DNA of 64,000 nt, taken from assembly GCF_022846255.1 (NCBI RefSeq), contig NZ_AP025682.1. One strand, given 5' to 3'. The stretch comes from Escherichia coli. GTDB lineage: Bacteria; Pseudomonadota; Gammaproteobacteria; Enterobacterales; Enterobacteriaceae. Position numbers and translations under genes: made by a program. The notes under the pieces are model-generated. The model saw only the letters and a list, made by a program, of their open reading frames with translations, ran no database searches and was not told where the DNA came from. Positions 44,379 through 56,638 of this stretch are shown here, in pieces; within the stretch, counting starts at the first letter, position 1; each line of letters starts with the position of its first letter.

Positions 44379-45614
44379 ATGATTACACATTTCCGTCAAG
44401 CTATAGAAGAAACGCTGCCCTGGCTTTCCTCTTTTGGCGCTGACCCAGCGGGTGGGATGACCCGTTTACTTTATTCGCCGGAATGGCTGGAAACCCAGCA
44501 GCAGTTTAAAAAAAGAATGGCAGCAAGCGGGCTGGAAACACGTTTCGATGAAGTGGGGAATTTATACGGTCGCCTGAGTGGCACCGAATATCCACAGGAA
44601 GTGGTTCTGAGCGGTTCGCATATCGATACCGTGGTTAACGGCGGTAACCTCGACGGGCAATTCGGTGCGCTGGCGGCGTGGCTGGCAATTGACTGGCTGA
44701 AAACGCAATACGGCGCGCCGTTACGTACGGTCGAAGTGGTGGCGATGGCAGAAGAAGAAGGCAGCCGCTTCCCGTATGTCTTCTGGGGCAGTAAAAATAT
44801 CTTTGGGCTGGCGAATCCTGACGACGTGCGGAATATCTGTGATGCCAAAGGAAATAGTTTTGTCGATGCGATGAAGGCTTGCGGATTTACTCTGCCGAAC
44901 GCCCCACTAACTCCGCGTCAGGATATTAAAGCCTTTGTCGAACTGCATATCGAACAGGGCTGTGTGCTGGAAAGTAATGGGCAGTCAATTGGCGTGGTGA
45001 ATGCAATTGTCGGGCAACGTCGCTATACGGTGACGCTGAACGGTGAATCAAACCATGCAGGCACCACGCCGATGGGTTATCGTCGTGATACGGTTTACGC
45101 TTTCAGTCGCATTTGCCATCAGTCTGTCGAAAAAGCGAAAAAGATGGGCGACCCGCTGGTTCTGACCTTTGGCAAAGTAGAGCCGCGCCCGAATACGGTG
45201 AATGTAGTGCCGGGTAAAACCACGTTCACCATTGATTGTCGTCATACCGATGCTACCGTGCTGCGCGATTTCACCCAACAGTTAGAAAACGACATGCGGG
45301 CGATTTGCGATGAAATGGATATTGGTATTGATATCGATTTATGGATGGACGAAGAACCCGTGCCGATGAATAAGGAGCTGGTCGCCACCCTGACAGAATT
45401 GTGTGAAAGCGAAAAACTGAATTACCGGGTGATGCACAGTGGTGCCGGGCACGACGCGCAAATTTTCGCGCCTCGCGTGCCGACCTGCATGATTTTCATT
45501 CCCAGCATCAACGGGATCAGCCATAACCCGGCGGAACGCACCAATATTACCGACCTTGCCGAAGGGGTCAAAACGTTGGCACTCATGCTTTATCAACTTG
45601 CCTGGCAGAAATAA
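44379..45614 (+). CDS. allC: Allantoate amidohydrolase AllC
   Basis: Start MITHFRQAIEE... at ATG 44379 (411 aa); M20-peptidase family. Confidence 0.93.
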   Translation: MITHFRQAIEETLPWLSSFGADPAGGMTRLLYSPEWLETQQQFKKRMAASGLETRFDEVGNLYGRLSGTEYPQEVVLSGSHIDTVVNGGNLDGQFGALAAWLAIDWLKTQYGAPLRTVEVVAMAEEEGSRFPYVFWGSKNIFGLANPDDVRNICDAKGNSFVDAMKACGFTLPNAPLTPRQDIKAFVELHIEQGCVLESNGQSIGVVNAIVGQRRYTVTLNGESNHAGTTPMGYRRDTVYAFSRICHQSVEKAKKMGDPLVLTFGKVEPRPNTVNVVPGKTTFTIDCRHTDATVLRDFTQQLENDMRAICDEMDIGIDIDLWMDEEPVPMNKELVATLTELCESEKLNYRVMHSGAGHDAQIFAPRVPTCMIFIPSINGISHNPAERTNITDLAEGVKTLALMLYQLAWQK

Positions 45615-45624
45615 GGAGTTATAA

Positions 45625-46410
45625 ATGGGATATTTAAATAACGTCACCGGTTACCGCGAAGATTTACTGGCTAACCGTGCGATTGTTAAACACGGTAATT
45701 TCGCACTGTTAACACCAGACGGTCTGGTAAAAAATATTATTCCGGGCTTTGAAAATTGTGACGCGACAATCCTCTCCACGCCAAAGCTGGGTGCCTCTTT
45801 TGTTGATTATCTGGTCACACTGCATCAAAACGGCGGCAACCAACAGGGTTTCGGTGGCGAAGGCATTGAAACGTTCCTGTATGTGATCTCTGGAAATATC
45901 ACTGCCAAAGCCGAAGGGAAAACATTTACCTTAAGTGAAGGTGGCTATCTTTATTGCCCGCCAGGCTCCTTAATGACGTTTGTTAACGCCCAGGCCGAAG
46001 ACAGCCAAATCTTTTTATATAAGCGTCGCTATATTCCGGTAGAAGGTCATGCGCCGTGGCTGGTTTCTGGCAATGCCAGCGAACTGGAACGCATTCATTA
46101 TGAAGGCATGGACGATGTTATTCTGCTGGATTTTCTGCCCAAAGAGTTAGGTTTTGATATGAACATGCATATCCTCTCTTTTGCACCAGGTGCCAGCCAC
46201 GGTTATATCGAAACCCACGTTCAGGAACACGGTGCCTATATTCTTTCCGGTCAGGGGGTTTATAACCTCGACAATAACTGGATCCCGGTGAAAAAAGGCG
46301 ATTACATCTTTATGGGCGCTTATTCTTTACAGGCTGGTTATGGCGTAGGGCGTGGTGAAGCGTTCAGCTATATTTACTCGAAAGATTGCAACCGCGACGT
46401 AGAGATTTAA
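45625..46410 (+). CDS. allE: (S)-ureidoglycine aminohydrolase AllE (YlbA), cupin
   Basis: 261-aa bicupin. Confidence 0.93.
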   Translation: MGYLNNVTGYREDLLANRAIVKHGNFALLTPDGLVKNIIPGFENCDATILSTPKLGASFVDYLVTLHQNGGNQQGFGGEGIETFLYVISGNITAKAEGKTFTLSEGGYLYCPPGSLMTFVNAQAEDSQIFLYKRRYIPVEGHAPWLVSGNASELERIHYEGMDDVILLDFLPKELGFDMNMHILSFAPGASHGYIETHVQEHGAYILSGQGVYNLDNNWIPVKKGDYIFMGAYSLQAGYGVGRGEAFSYIYSKDCNRDVEI

Positions 46411-46452
46411 GTCATACCACTCGCCTGATTATTTTTAGCTATGTTGGATTTT

Positions 46453-46479
46453 GCCACGGTTTATACCGTGGCTTTTTTT
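46453..46479 (+). terminator. Rho-independent terminator after allE
   Basis: gccacggt-ttat-accgtggc followed by ttttttt. Confidence 0.7.
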
Positions 46480-46493
46480 GTAGTCAATTCAGG

Positions 46494-46521
46494 TAAAAAA
46501 AGATGCGATATAAATCGCATC
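46494..46521 (-). terminator. Rho-independent terminator after glxK (reverse strand)
   Basis: gatgcgat-ataa-atcgcatc with a T-run on the reverse strand (aaaaaaa on the forward strand). Confidence 0.6.
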
Positions 46522-46538
46522 CGCTTTAAAGGTAATAG

Positions 46539-47684
46539 TCAGTTTTTAATTCCCTGACCTATTTTAATGGCGCAGGCAATATTTCGCGCACTGTTGAAGA
46601 GATTGGTTTCACCGCTGGCGAGCACTTCGGCTAAAGGTGCCAGACGTGGCAAAATGCTGAATACCGCATCAATGCCGTACTGGTGCACCACTTCCACGCC
46701 ATCACCCAATACGCCAGCAATCCCAATCACCGGGACATTAAACTGCTTCGCCACCGACGCCACGCCCAGCGGAGCTTTACCGCCTGCCGTTTGCGAGTCG
46801 ATGCGCCCTTCCCCGGTGATCACCAGTGCTGCACCCTGCACCGCCTGCGCCAGATTGACCGCATTCAACACAATCTCAATACCCGGTTTAATATCCGCAT
46901 TGAGGAATACCGCCGCCGCAATGCCCATACCGCCCGCAGCGCCGCCGCCCGCCATCTGGCAGACATTAATTTCAGTTTGCTGTTGTAAAACACGGGCGTA
47001 ATTTTGCAGCCCCTGTTCCAGTTCTTCGACCATTTCCGGCGTTGCCCCTTTTTGCGGACCAAACACCGCCGCCGCGCCGCGTGCCCCTACCAGCGGGTTA
47101 TCAACATCACATGCTACTTCAATATGGCAGTTCGCCAGACGCGGATCGCATTCATCCATCTCAATGCTTGCCACGCGCGCTAAATTGCCGCCGTTAGCCG
47201 CCAGCACCTGACCGTCAGCATCAAGGAAACGCACACCGAGCGCCTGCGCCATGCCCATACCGCCGTCGACCGTCGCACTGCCGCCAATGCCGAGAATAAT
47301 ATGGCGAATGCCGTTATCCAGCGCATGGCGAATTAACTCCCCCGTACCAAAACTGGAGGCCAGCAACGGATTACGCTTTTCAGGCGCGACCAGCATCAGG
47401 CCACTTGCTGCCGCCATCTCAATCACCGCCGTTTTCCCGTCGCCGGTAATGCCATAAAAAGCTTTCACTTTTTCGCCCATCGGCCCGCAGACTTCAAGCT
47501 TCACGATGTTACCGTCCGTCGCGGCGACCATCGCCTCCACCGTCCCTTCGCCGCCATCCGCTATCGGCAAACAGATATAGTGCGCATCGGGAAAGAGGGT
47601 CGAAAACCCGGCTTTAATTGCCTGACAACATTTTTCTGCACTTAAGCTCTCTTTAAAAGAGTCTGGCGCAATGACAATCTTCAT
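46539..47684 (-). CDS. glxK: Glycerate kinase GlxK
   Basis: Start [16 protein letters not shown]; 381 aa. Confidence 0.95.
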   Translation of the reverse strand: MKIVIAPDSFKESLSAEKCCQAIKAGFSTLFPDAHYICLPIADGGEGTVEAMVAATDGNIVKLEVCGPMGEKVKAFYGITGDGKTAVIEMAAASGLMLVAPEKRNPLLASSFGTGELIRHALDNGIRHIILGIGGSATVDGGMGMAQALGVRFLDADGQVLAANGGNLARVASIEMDECDPRLANCHIEVACDVDNPLVGARGAAAVFGPQKGATPEMVEELEQGLQNYARVLQQQTEINVCQMAGGGAAGGMGIAAAVFLNADIKPGIEIVLNAVNLAQAVQGAALVITGEGRIDSQTAGGKAPLGVASVAKQFNVPVIGIAGVLGDGVEVVHQYGIDAVFSILPRLAPLAEVLASGETNLFNSARNIACAIKIGQGIKN

Positions 47685-47705
47685 TATCAATCCTTTTTCA
47701 ACAAA

Positions 47706-49013
47706 TTATTCGATGCGTTCCCACGGAATAAGGTTATCCATAAGAACAGCCAGTAAAATTCCGACCAGTAAGCCGTTACTGAGCAGAGGACGAAGCGTTA
47801 ATGGAAGGTCTTGCAGATACACAGGCGGTAATGCCATTAAAAATATGCCGACAAATAACGGCAATGCGAGTCGATAAATATTGCGAGCGGTAAACGTTAT
47901 TTGCTGGCTAAACACCAGCGCGGAAAAGAGTAAAGGCAGATAAGAAACCAGCATGACCGCACTACTCACGGGTAAAGGGATACTGCAAAACAGTCGCGTG
48001 AGTGCCGGAACCAGCGCCACCAGCAGGCAAATAACGCTGCCATAAATAAACGAACGCCGCGTGTAATCGCCAGTCTGGGTTAATAAACCAATGGATGAAA
48101 CAAACGGTGAAAATGGAATTACCGCCAGCGGCACGGTTATCAGTGTCATAAATCCGGTCGCCACAAAGCTGCGACGATAACGCGTATTCCCCGCGCCCTG
48201 CTGCGGATAAAAAACATCCGTGCCCCGAATCGCACCGTAGGTATTGCTGATATTTACCAGACCTGTAATCACCGCCGTCAGAATAATCCCCGGCGACAAA
48301 GCACCGCCACTGCCGAGCGGGAACCACTGCCAGTGCAACTCACCGGAGAGCGAATGCGAAGAAGGAAAGCAAAAGTACCACAACAACCAGCCGGTTATCG
48401 TACCGACCAGCAGGCCGTAACGGGCAAAACGTTGTGGCAGGAAAATAATCATCGCCAGTACCAGGCACATCACCGCCACCGAGAGCGCGAACGGCGGTAA
48501 TTGAATTTTAAAATTCGGGTCGGCTATGCCAAACGGCAGCCCGAGCATACCTTTGAAAAAGATAGTGGTCAGTTGCGCACCCAGCATCAACATAAACAAG
48601 ACCATCACCGACGGCGTAAATAACCGTGCCAGGCGATGGCCTAATCCGCTAAAACCAATCAACATCGTCAGCACGCCGGAGAGCGCAATCCCCACCGCCA
48701 GACTGGTAGCGATATCGTTGATCGGTGTCCCGCGCGATGCTTCGCCAAGGGTGATAGTCAGGATGGTTCCCCACCACAGGCCGCCCGGCCCCTCCATAAT
48801 AGCGCGACGATGACCGCAGAACGCCTGAGCGAAGCAGGCCAGTGCGGTAGCAAGAAAAGCATATTGCGTGAGCGTAAGCAGGCTACTTTGCGGCAACTGA
48901 AAAGCAGAAAGTAGCGTAGGAGGAACCACAACCGTGTTGCAAAAAATAAAGAAAAACCACTGAAATCCTGATAACAGGCTTTCGCGGCCCACTGCAAAAT
49001 TGAACATAAACAC
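47706..49013 (-). CDS. ybbY: Putative purine/uracil permease YbbY (NCS2 family)
   Basis: Polytopic membrane protein; start may be 2 codons downstream. Confidence 0.9.
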   Translation of the reverse strand: MFMFNFAVGRESLLSGFQWFFFIFCNTVVVPPTLLSAFQLPQSSLLTLTQYAFLATALACFAQAFCGHRRAIMEGPGGLWWGTILTITLGEASRGTPINDIATSLAVGIALSGVLTMLIGFSGLGHRLARLFTPSVMVLFMLMLGAQLTTIFFKGMLGLPFGIADPNFKIQLPPFALSVAVMCLVLAMIIFLPQRFARYGLLVGTITGWLLWYFCFPSSHSLSGELHWQWFPLGSGGALSPGIILTAVITGLVNISNTYGAIRGTDVFYPQQGAGNTRYRRSFVATGFMTLITVPLAVIPFSPFVSSIGLLTQTGDYTRRSFIYGSVICLLVALVPALTRLFCSIPLPVSSAVMLVSYLPLLFSALVFSQQITFTARNIYRLALPLFVGIFLMALPPVYLQDLPLTLRPLLSNGLLVGILLAVLMDNLIPWERIE

Positions 49014-49062
49014 ACCTTAACCGGAGAATGCCCGCCACAAGGACGGGCATTGCAGGGCCAGA

Positions 49063-50424
49063 TTACTGCTGATGTTTAAGGATAAATTGACCTTTCGGCG
49101 CAACAGGGAAGCCCTGTTCGATATCGTAAATCACATCACCACGTAAGATGGTTTTCGTGATACGCGCGCCAATAGTACGGCCAACATACGGGCTGACTTT
49201 GTGGCGATATTCCAGATCGTCATTGGTAAGAACATAGCTGCTATTCGGCTGAATGAAGACGAAGTCGGCATCTTTTCCTGGGGCGATACGGCCTTTTTGC
49301 TGCAGACCGAAAATATCTGCTGCGTTAGTCGCCATTAATTTGCCGAACATTGGCAGAGACATTCCGCGTTTCTGTACCGCTTCATCGAACATCACGTCCA
49401 TGCAGCTTTGCAGACCAGCGATACCGCCCCACGCTTTCATGATGTTACCGGCTTTCATTTCCGGCGGGCATGGAGAGTGGTCGGAAACCAGGCAGTCTAT
49501 TTCACCGTTAAACAGTTTTTCCCACATGCCTTTCTGGTTTTCCAGATCGCGGATCGGCGGTGAACACTTCGCCAGAGTACCGATTTCTTCGAACTGATCG
49601 GTATCCAGCACAAAGTAATGCGGGCAGGATTCACAAGTAACATCCTGACCTTCCTGACGTGCACGAGTCACTTCCTCAACACCTTCCGGGCTGCTGACGT
49701 GGCAAACGTGCAGACGGCAACCAGCGACTTTCGCCAGGTACAGTACGCGGCGAATCGCTTCCACTTCGGTAAATACCGGACGCGAAGCCACATAGTCATG
49801 GGCAGTTACGCGACCTTCACGCTTCGCTTCTTCGCCCAGTGCGTCACAGATCAGCGCGTTTTCGCAGTGCACCAGCACCGGCTGGCCTAGTTCACCCAGC
49901 TTCTGCGCGCCTTTGAAGAATTGCCAGTCATTGACGTCACGGAAGTCGTTGTCGATACCGCGATCGCCACAGGTCGCAACGAAGCATTTGAAACCGACAA
50001 CACCCACTTCATCCAACTCATGCAGACGGTCAATGTTGTAAGACACCAGGCCACCGAGTTGTGCCGCATCGATAGTCAGCTTTCCTTTAGCGGCATCGAA
50101 CTTCAGTTCAATTGAGGCGCGGTCAACCGTTGCAGGCAGCTGGTTGAGCGGCATTTCGATCATGGTGGTGATACCACCTTTTGCTGCTGCGCGAGTACCG
50201 GTTTCATAACCTTCCCAGTGGCTGCGACCCGGTTCAGAAATATGGGTGTGCGCATCAACCATGCCCGGCGAAACCACCAGACCAGACGCATCCATAACGT
50301 CTTTTGCATCGCCCAGATCCTGGCCGATAGCAGCAATTTTTCCGTCTTTAACGGCGATATCTACAACGCGAGCTTCGTTTTCTAAAATAACGGTGCCGTT
50401 TTTAATGATTAAATCAAAAGACAT
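49063..50424 (-). CDS. allB: Allantoinase AllB
   Basis: 453-aa amidohydrolase with metal-binding His motifs (DAHTH). Confidence 0.96.
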
Positions 50425-50483
50425 AACAAACTCCTTGTAAAATACAGATTGGTTTTTAACTCAATGTTCAATATCGTGATTAA

Positions 50484-51938
50484 TTAACCTATGGTTTTTT
50501 GTTCTCCTGTTTTTTCTGCTGTTGTACGTTTCTTTAATAAGGCGTAGGCCGCAAAGGCGACGATGACGCCGACAAACCATGAAACACGTGATAACGGTTC
50601 CATAAAGGGAATAAACTTACCGCCAAGAGATAAAATAACGGCCACCAGAGTTACTGAAAACGCGGTGAGGTTAAAACCGTTATCGTAATATTTATAATCG
50701 CCAGGTGCGGTGTACAGTTCATCAAGATTAATTTGCCCACGCATCACCACAAAATAATGCGCCATCATCACACCAATTACCGGACCAAGCATTCCGCCGA
50801 TAATATCGAGGAACAGATAAATACTGTCCTGATTTTCCATTAATTTCCACGGGCAGATCAGCAGGCTGATAATACTGGCAATCAGTACGCCGTTTTTATA
50901 GGTCAGTTTCGTCGGTGCAATGGCGGCAATCTGATAACCAGCCGGAATAATATTACCGGTGGCGTTAGTAGAGATAGTCGTCATCAGAATAACCAGTACC
51001 GCAAAGAACGAGGCGAACAGGCTGTCCCAACGCTGAACAATATCCAGCACGTTCCAGGTGTCAGCGCCGTAATGAATACTGGCTCCGGCAATAATACATA
51101 CCCCGGCGACCGCAAACAGAATATAGGCCACAACTAAACCCAGCGTTTGCCCCAGCGCCTGCTCACGAAACGAGTGGGCGTTTTGCGTAAAGTCGGATGC
51201 GCTCACCGCCGGTGCCGCCCAGACCGCAACCACCGCGTTTATCACCACCAGAAACAGGAAGCCACTGTTTTCTGCTTTCTGAATACCGCCCGGAATGTAG
51301 TCAAAGATTGGACCGATCCCGACCAGCGAAATCGCCCAAATCGCCATACCGCCGAAAACGATATAGATGCACGGGTTAAGAATGGCAGTGAATTTATTTA
51401 AAACTTTTCCGCCGCCAAAACCAATACCAACGTTAACCAGCCAGAAGAGTAAAAAAGTAATTAATCCCGGTAGAGAAAGGCCTAACAGCGTGAAATCGCC
51501 ACCGAGAGTCAAAAATCCCGGCCAGATTTTGCCAATCAGAATCAAGCAGGCCAGTGACCCCGCGTAACATTGCAGGCCAAACCACATAATGGCAGCAATA
51601 CCGCCTCTTAATAATCCGGGAAACAGTGCACCACGTACGCCGTAAGAAGCACGCAGGATCATGGCAAACGGTACGCCGTATTTACTGCCCGCAGCACCGT
51701 TTAATACCATTACCGCGGCAATGAAAAAGGCACTGAGGATAATTGCCAGCATAATACTAAAGGTAGACAAGCCGAGAATAAAAAAGCCGCCAACCATCAC
51801 ATAATTGGGAACGTTATGAACCGAACCCATCCATAAGGTAAAATAGTTAAATGTTTTCCAGGTCCGCTGACTTTGCGTTTTCGGCAGTAGATCTTCGCTA
51901 TAGCCGCGTTGCTGGAATAGTTTTCTCTGATGTTCCAT
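50484..51938 (-). CDS. ybbW: Allantoin permease (NCS1 family)
   Basis: 484-aa membrane transporter. Confidence 0.93.
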   Translation of the reverse strand: MEHQRKLFQQRGYSEDLLPKTQSQRTWKTFNYFTLWMGSVHNVPNYVMVGGFFILGLSTFSIMLAIILSAFFIAAVMVLNGAAGSKYGVPFAMILRASYGVRGALFPGLLRGGIAAIMWFGLQCYAGSLACLILIGKIWPGFLTLGGDFTLLGLSLPGLITFLLFWLVNVGIGFGGGKVLNKFTAILNPCIYIVFGGMAIWAISLVGIGPIFDYIPGGIQKAENSGFLFLVVINAVVAVWAAPAVSASDFTQNAHSFREQALGQTLGLVVAYILFAVAGVCIIAGASIHYGADTWNVLDIVQRWDSLFASFFAVLVILMTTISTNATGNIIPAGYQIAAIAPTKLTYKNGVLIASIISLLICPWKLMENQDSIYLFLDIIGGMLGPVIGVMMAHYFVVMRGQINLDELYTAPGDYKYYDNGFNLTAFSVTLVAVILSLGGKFIPFMEPLSRVSWFVGVIVAFAAYALLKKRTTAEKTGEQKTIG

Positions 51939-52107
51939 AAATCCCTCTTAATTTCACGTATCGAATAACGTTGTTTTAATCTAGCTATGAGGAACAAATA
52001 AAATAAAAATATTATTTTTAATACTGAAGCAACATCTTTGGCTGCTTTCTTTTTTTAATATTGCTGGCCGATTCATTTTCTGATATCGGCCATTTTTATT
52101 GCGGGTA

Positions 52108-52986
52108 TCAGGCCAGTTTATGGTTAGCCATTAATTCCAGCGCCTGCACTAATGCAGAGTGATCCAACTGGCTGCCACCGTTTGCCGCACAGGTATTAAA
52201 CAATTCCTGGCAGGTCGCGGTGTTTGGCAGGTTCAGCGCCAGTGCTTTCGCACTTTGCAGTGCCAGGTTGAGATCTTTCTGGTGCAGCGCAATTTTGAAA
52301 CCTGGATTAAAGGTGCGTTTAATCATGCGCTCACCGTGAACTTCCAGAATACGTGAGGAAGCAAAGCCGCCCATCAGCGCCTGGCGCACACATACCGGGT
52401 CCGCACCGGCTTTTGAAGCAAACAACAAGGCTTCAGAAACCGCTTCAATATTGAGCGCCACGATAATCTGATTTGCCACTTTGCAGGTTTGACCGTCGCC
52501 GTTACCGCCCACGAGAGTGATATTTTTACCGAGCAGTTCAAACAGCGGTTTTACACGTTCAAATACTGCTTCATCACCGCCAACCATAATCGATAACGTC
52601 CCTTCACGCGCGCCGATTTCACCGCCGGAGACTGGCGCATCGAGATAATCGCCGCCCAGTTCATTCACCTGACGAGCGAAACGTTTAGTTTCAATCGGGG
52701 AAATGGAGCTCATATCAACAATGGTTTTGCCCTTCAGCGAGGCTTTGGTACAACCATTTTCACCAAACAGAACGTCTTCAACCTGCGGTGTATCCGGCAC
52801 CATAATAAAAATGATGTCCGATGCATCTGTTACCTGGCGCGCAGTTTCAACACTAACGGCGCCCAGTAACAGTAATTCATCAGCAACCGGACCAATGGTT
52901 GTGACATGCAGTTGATGACCGGCACGCGCCAGATTAATGGCCATCGGTGTACCCATAATGCCTAAGCCAATAAATCCCAGTTTCAT
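52108..52986 (-). CDS. glxR: Tartronate semialdehyde reductase GlxR
   Basis: 292 aa; NAD-binding GxGxxG at the N-terminus. Confidence 0.95.
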   Translation of the reverse strand: MKLGFIGLGIMGTPMAINLARAGHQLHVTTIGPVADELLLLGAVSVETARQVTDASDIIFIMVPDTPQVEDVLFGENGCTKASLKGKTIVDMSSISPIETKRFARQVNELGGDYLDAPVSGGEIGAREGTLSIMVGGDEAVFERVKPLFELLGKNITLVGGNGDGQTCKVANQIIVALNIEAVSEALLFASKAGADPVCVRQALMGGFASSRILEVHGERMIKRTFNPGFKIALHQKDLNLALQSAKALALNLPNTATCQELFNTCAANGGSQLDHSALVQALELMANHKLA

Positions 52987-53085
52987 AATTAACCTCTTTT
53001 AAATTTCGCTTTTCCTGAATTCAGACAACACGATCCCCTGCCAACTTAGCGGCCTAAAAAAGCATTGTCTGAATAGCGTTACGTT

Positions 53086-53862
53086 TTAACGGTACGGATC
53101 CATCCAGCCTAAACCGGCTTCCGTGGTGGTTTGGGGTTTATATTCACAGCCAACCCAACCGTTGTAGTCAGAATTTTCAATTACCGTAAAGAGATATTCG
53201 TAATTAATTTCTCCGGTTCCCGGTTCGCCGCGATGCGGATTATCAGCGATTTGCAGGTGACCAATTTTATCGGCCCACTGAGTCATGGTATTAGTTAATT
53301 CACCTTCCATCCGCTGCATGTGATAAATGTCATACTGAATTTTCAAATTGCAGCAACCAACATCGTCAATCAGTTTCAGTGCCTGCCGGGTTCCGGTGAG
53401 ATGGAAACCAGGAATATCAAAATGGTTGATAGGTTCAATCAGTAATAAAATATCTTCTTTCATCAGCATATTCGCGGCATAACGCAGGTTTTCTACAAGC
53501 GTTGCGTGAATCTGTTCACTGCTGAAACCAGCTGGCATTTTACCGACCAGACAGTTAATTTTTTTATTACCCAGCGCACGAGCATAACGAATAGCTGCTG
53601 CTACGCCATCCCGAAACTCTTCTTCACGGCCAGGAATACAGGCAATACCCCGCTCGCCCACCGCCCAGTCACCTGCCGGTAAATTGTGCAGCGTATGTTC
53701 GAGTTTATTACTCGCCAGCACCTGTTTTAATTCTTCAATGTCGTAGTCATAAGGGAACATAAATTCAACGCCGCGAAAACCACACTGCGCAGCTTTCTCA
53801 AAACGGGCGAGAAAATCATATTCACCAAATAACATCGATAAATTAGCAGAGAAACGTAACAT
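53086..53862 (-). CDS. hyi: Hydroxypyruvate isomerase Hyi
   Basis: 258 aa. Confidence 0.95.
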   Translation of the reverse strand: MLRFSANLSMLFGEYDFLARFEKAAQCGFRGVEFMFPYDYDIEELKQVLASNKLEHTLHNLPAGDWAVGERGIACIPGREEEFRDGVAAAIRYARALGNKKINCLVGKMPAGFSSEQIHATLVENLRYAANMLMKEDILLLIEPINHFDIPGFHLTGTRQALKLIDDVGCCNLKIQYDIYHMQRMEGELTNTMTQWADKIGHLQIADNPHRGEPGTGEINYEYLFTVIENSDYNGWVGCEYKPQTTTEAGLGWMDPYR

Positions 53863-53874
53863 TATTTATCTCCC

Positions 53875-55656
53875 TTATTCATAGTGCATGAAACAGGTTT
53901 CAGTCGGTGCGTCCGCTGCGTTATCGGCGATATCTTCAAATTCCATGACGTTATCCAGTTCACTGCCCATCGAAATATTGGTCACACGCTCGAGAATAAC
54001 TTCCACGACTACCGGTACCCGATATTGCGCCATTAAGACTTTCGCCTGTTCAAAGGCTGGTGCAATATCTTCCGGTTTGAAAACGCGAATTGCTTTACAA
54101 CCTAAACCTTCCGCTACTTTTACGTGGTCGACGCCGTAACCGTTCACTTCGCTGGAGTTGATATTCTCGAAAGCGAGTTGCACGCAGTAGTCCATGTCAA
54201 AGGCGCGTTGTGACTGACGAATCAGGCCGAGATAGGCGTTATTCACCAGCACATGGATGTACGGAATGTTGAACTGCGCGCCAACGGCTAACTCTTCAAT
54301 CAGGAACTGGAAGTCGAAGTCACCGGAAATCGCCACCACATTGCGCTCTGGATCAGCGGCACACACGCCCAGCGCCGCCGGAATGGTCCAGCCCAACGGG
54401 CCTGCCTGCCCACAGTTGATCCAGTGGCGGTCTTTAAAGACATGCAGCATTTGTGCCGCAGCGATTTGTGACAGACCAATGGTGGTGACATAACAAACAT
54501 CGCGACCAAAGGCTTTGTTCATCTCTTCATACACGCGCTGCGGTTTCACCGGCACGTTGTCGAAGTGGGTTTTGCGCAGCAAAGTGCGTTTGCGCTGCTG
54601 GCAGTCGGCGACCCATTCTTTACGACACGGCAGACGACCCGCTTTTTGCATCTCCTGCGCCACTTCAACCAGTAGTGTCAGCGCCGCTTTAGCATCAGAG
54701 ACAATGCCGAGATCCGGACACAGCACGCGGCCAATTTGCGTCGGCTCAATATCGATATGAACGATTTTGCGCCCTTCGGTGTATTTCTCTACCGAACCGG
54801 TATGACGGTTAGCAAAACGGTTACCGATACCAAACACCATGTCGGACGCCAGTAGCGTTGCGTTACCGTAACGATGCGCGGTTTGCAGACCCACCATCCC
54901 GGCCATCAGTTCATGATCGTCGGGAATACAGCCCCAGCCCATCAGCGTTGGGATCACCGGAACGCTGGTCAGTTCAGCAAACTGTTGTAACAGTGCAGCT
55001 GCGTCAGCATTAATTACCCCGCCCCCGGCAACAATCACCGGACGTTCGGCCTGGATTAACATTTCTACAGCTTTTTCGATCTGCATACGGCTGGCAGCAG
55101 GTTTGTAGACCGGCAGCGGTTCGTACATGTCAGGATCAAACTCGATTTCCGCAACCTGAACGTCGAACGGTAAATCCACCAGTACCGGACCCGGACGACC
55201 AGAACGCATCAGGTGAAATGCCTGTTGCAGCACGCGAGGCACCAGCGCCGCTTCACGAACTGTAACCGCCATTTTGCTGACCGGTTTAGCAATTGCTTCA
55301 ATATCAACGGCCTGGAAATCTTCTTTATGCAGACGGGCGCGCGGAGCCTGGCCGGTAATACACAGAATAGGAATGGAATCAGCAGAAGCGGAATAGAGCG
55401 CGGTGATCATGTCCGTGCCCGCAGGACCGGAAGTCCCCAGACATACGCCGATATTCCCTGCCGTTGCGCGGGTATAACCTTCCGCCATGTGCGAAGCACC
55501 TTCCACATGACGCGCCAGAATGTGACGAATACCGCCGTGCTTACGCATCGCTGAGTAGAACGGATTGATTGCAGCTCCCGGAACGCCGAAGGCGGTGGTG
55601 ATACCTTCTTTCTCCAGCACATACATTGCCGCGTCAACGGCTCTCATTTTTGCCAT
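53875..55656 (-). CDS. gcl: Glyoxylate carboligase Gcl (ThDP-dependent)
   Basis: Start [18 protein letters not shown]... (593 aa); the ORF track adds 30 upstream codons that would run through the promoter/operator. Confidence 0.95.
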   Translation of the reverse strand: MAKMRAVDAAMYVLEKEGITTAFGVPGAAINPFYSAMRKHGGIRHILARHVEGASHMAEGYTRATAGNIGVCLGTSGPAGTDMITALYSASADSIPILCITGQAPRARLHKEDFQAVDIEAIAKPVSKMAVTVREAALVPRVLQQAFHLMRSGRPGPVLVDLPFDVQVAEIEFDPDMYEPLPVYKPAASRMQIEKAVEMLIQAERPVIVAGGGVINADAAALLQQFAELTSVPVIPTLMGWGCIPDDHELMAGMVGLQTAHRYGNATLLASDMVFGIGNRFANRHTGSVEKYTEGRKIVHIDIEPTQIGRVLCPDLGIVSDAKAALTLLVEVAQEMQKAGRLPCRKEWVADCQQRKRTLLRKTHFDNVPVKPQRVYEEMNKAFGRDVCYVTTIGLSQIAAAQMLHVFKDRHWINCGQAGPLGWTIPAALGVCAADPERNVVAISGDFDFQFLIEELAVGAQFNIPYIHVLVNNAYLGLIRQSQRAFDMDYCVQLAFENINSSEVNGYGVDHVKVAEGLGCKAIRVFKPEDIAPAFEQAKVLMAQYRVPVVVEVILERVTNISMGSELDNVMEFEDIADNAADAPTETCFMHYE

Positions 55657-55676
55657 TTTATTCCTACCTCTATTAA

Positions 55677-55693
55677 TTGGAAAAATTTTCCAA
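55677..55693. promoter_or_regulatory. AllR operator palindrome TTGGAAAAATTTTCCAA in the gcl promoter
   Basis: Perfect palindrome about 21 bp upstream of the gcl start. Confidence 0.75.
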
Positions 55694-55708
55694 CTTTCAA
55701 ATTTTGTC

Positions 55709-55733
55709 AAAAAAACCCGCTCCGCAGAGCGGG
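55709..55733 (-). terminator. Rho-independent terminator after allR (reverse strand)
   Basis: cccgctc-cgca-gagcggg hairpin followed on the reverse strand by a run of seven T. Confidence 0.7.
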
Positions 55734-55745
55734 ATGCGACAGACA

Positions 55746-56561
55746 CTATGGATGTGCTTTCAGTCCCAACGCCGTGCTGATATCGCGGGCGGTGTCTCTG
55801 ACCAGCTCACCCTGGCTGACAAAACGATCTTCTGTCAGTCTTGATGAAGGCCCGGAGATGGAGATAGCGGCAACAACACTACCTACATCATCGTAAATTG
55901 CTGAAGCTATACAATTCAGGCCGACAACATGCTCTTCTTTATCTACGGTATAGCCCAGTTCACGCGCTTGTTCCAGGTCCTTCAGCAAGGTGGGCATATC
56001 CACAAGCGTCGTTGGCGTAAACTGCTGCAAACCGGTTTGCAGAATGATGCTCATCAACTCTTCTTCCGCCAGCGGATAAAGCAGCGCCTTGCCCGCTCCG
56101 GAAGCATGCAGCGGCAGACGACTGCCCAGCGGCGCACACATTCTGACCATCGATTTACACTCTAACTGACCAATTAATACCGCTTCATTGCCGTTACGGA
56201 TCGCGACATTGACCGTTTCGCCGGAAAGTAACATCAGGCGGCGCATAAACGGCCCGGCGACGGAGAGGACATCGCGGTTATGGATGTACGCTGCACCGAC
56301 GTTAAAGACACCTAATCCTATATGCCACCAGCCTAACTGACTGTCCTGATAGACAAAATCCGCTGCCTGTAAAACCTTCAGCAAGCGAAAGGTCGTGGAG
56401 AGCGGCAAATCCAGATTGAGAGAGATATCGCTAACCGACGAACTTCCCCCACTTTTTTCCAGATATTGCAGAATCGCAATTCCCCGCTCTAACGCCTGTG
56501 CACCCTTCTGTGCCACAGGCTCCGCCTGTCCTGGCCTGCCGCGCCGTCTAACTTCCGTCAT
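55746..56561 (-). CDS. allR: Allantoin regulon repressor AllR (IclR family)
   Basis: 271 aa. Confidence 0.95.
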
Positions 56562-56638
56562 ACCTACGTTAACTCCGACCTACAAATGAGCATAAACAAT
56601 GAACAATTCGTTTATCTTATGCAAGTCGGTTGCAGGCG

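Noticed and set aside
53875-55746. N-terminally extended ORF-track models (gcl 623 aa, ybcF 335 aa, ylbF 302 aa, sfmF 236 aa, fimZ 219 aa, purE 178 aa, ybcJ 88 aa, others)
   Set aside because: The track accepts upstream non-ATG starts. Extensions run through operators, terminators or upstream genes, and internal ATGs with RBS match the expected N-termini.
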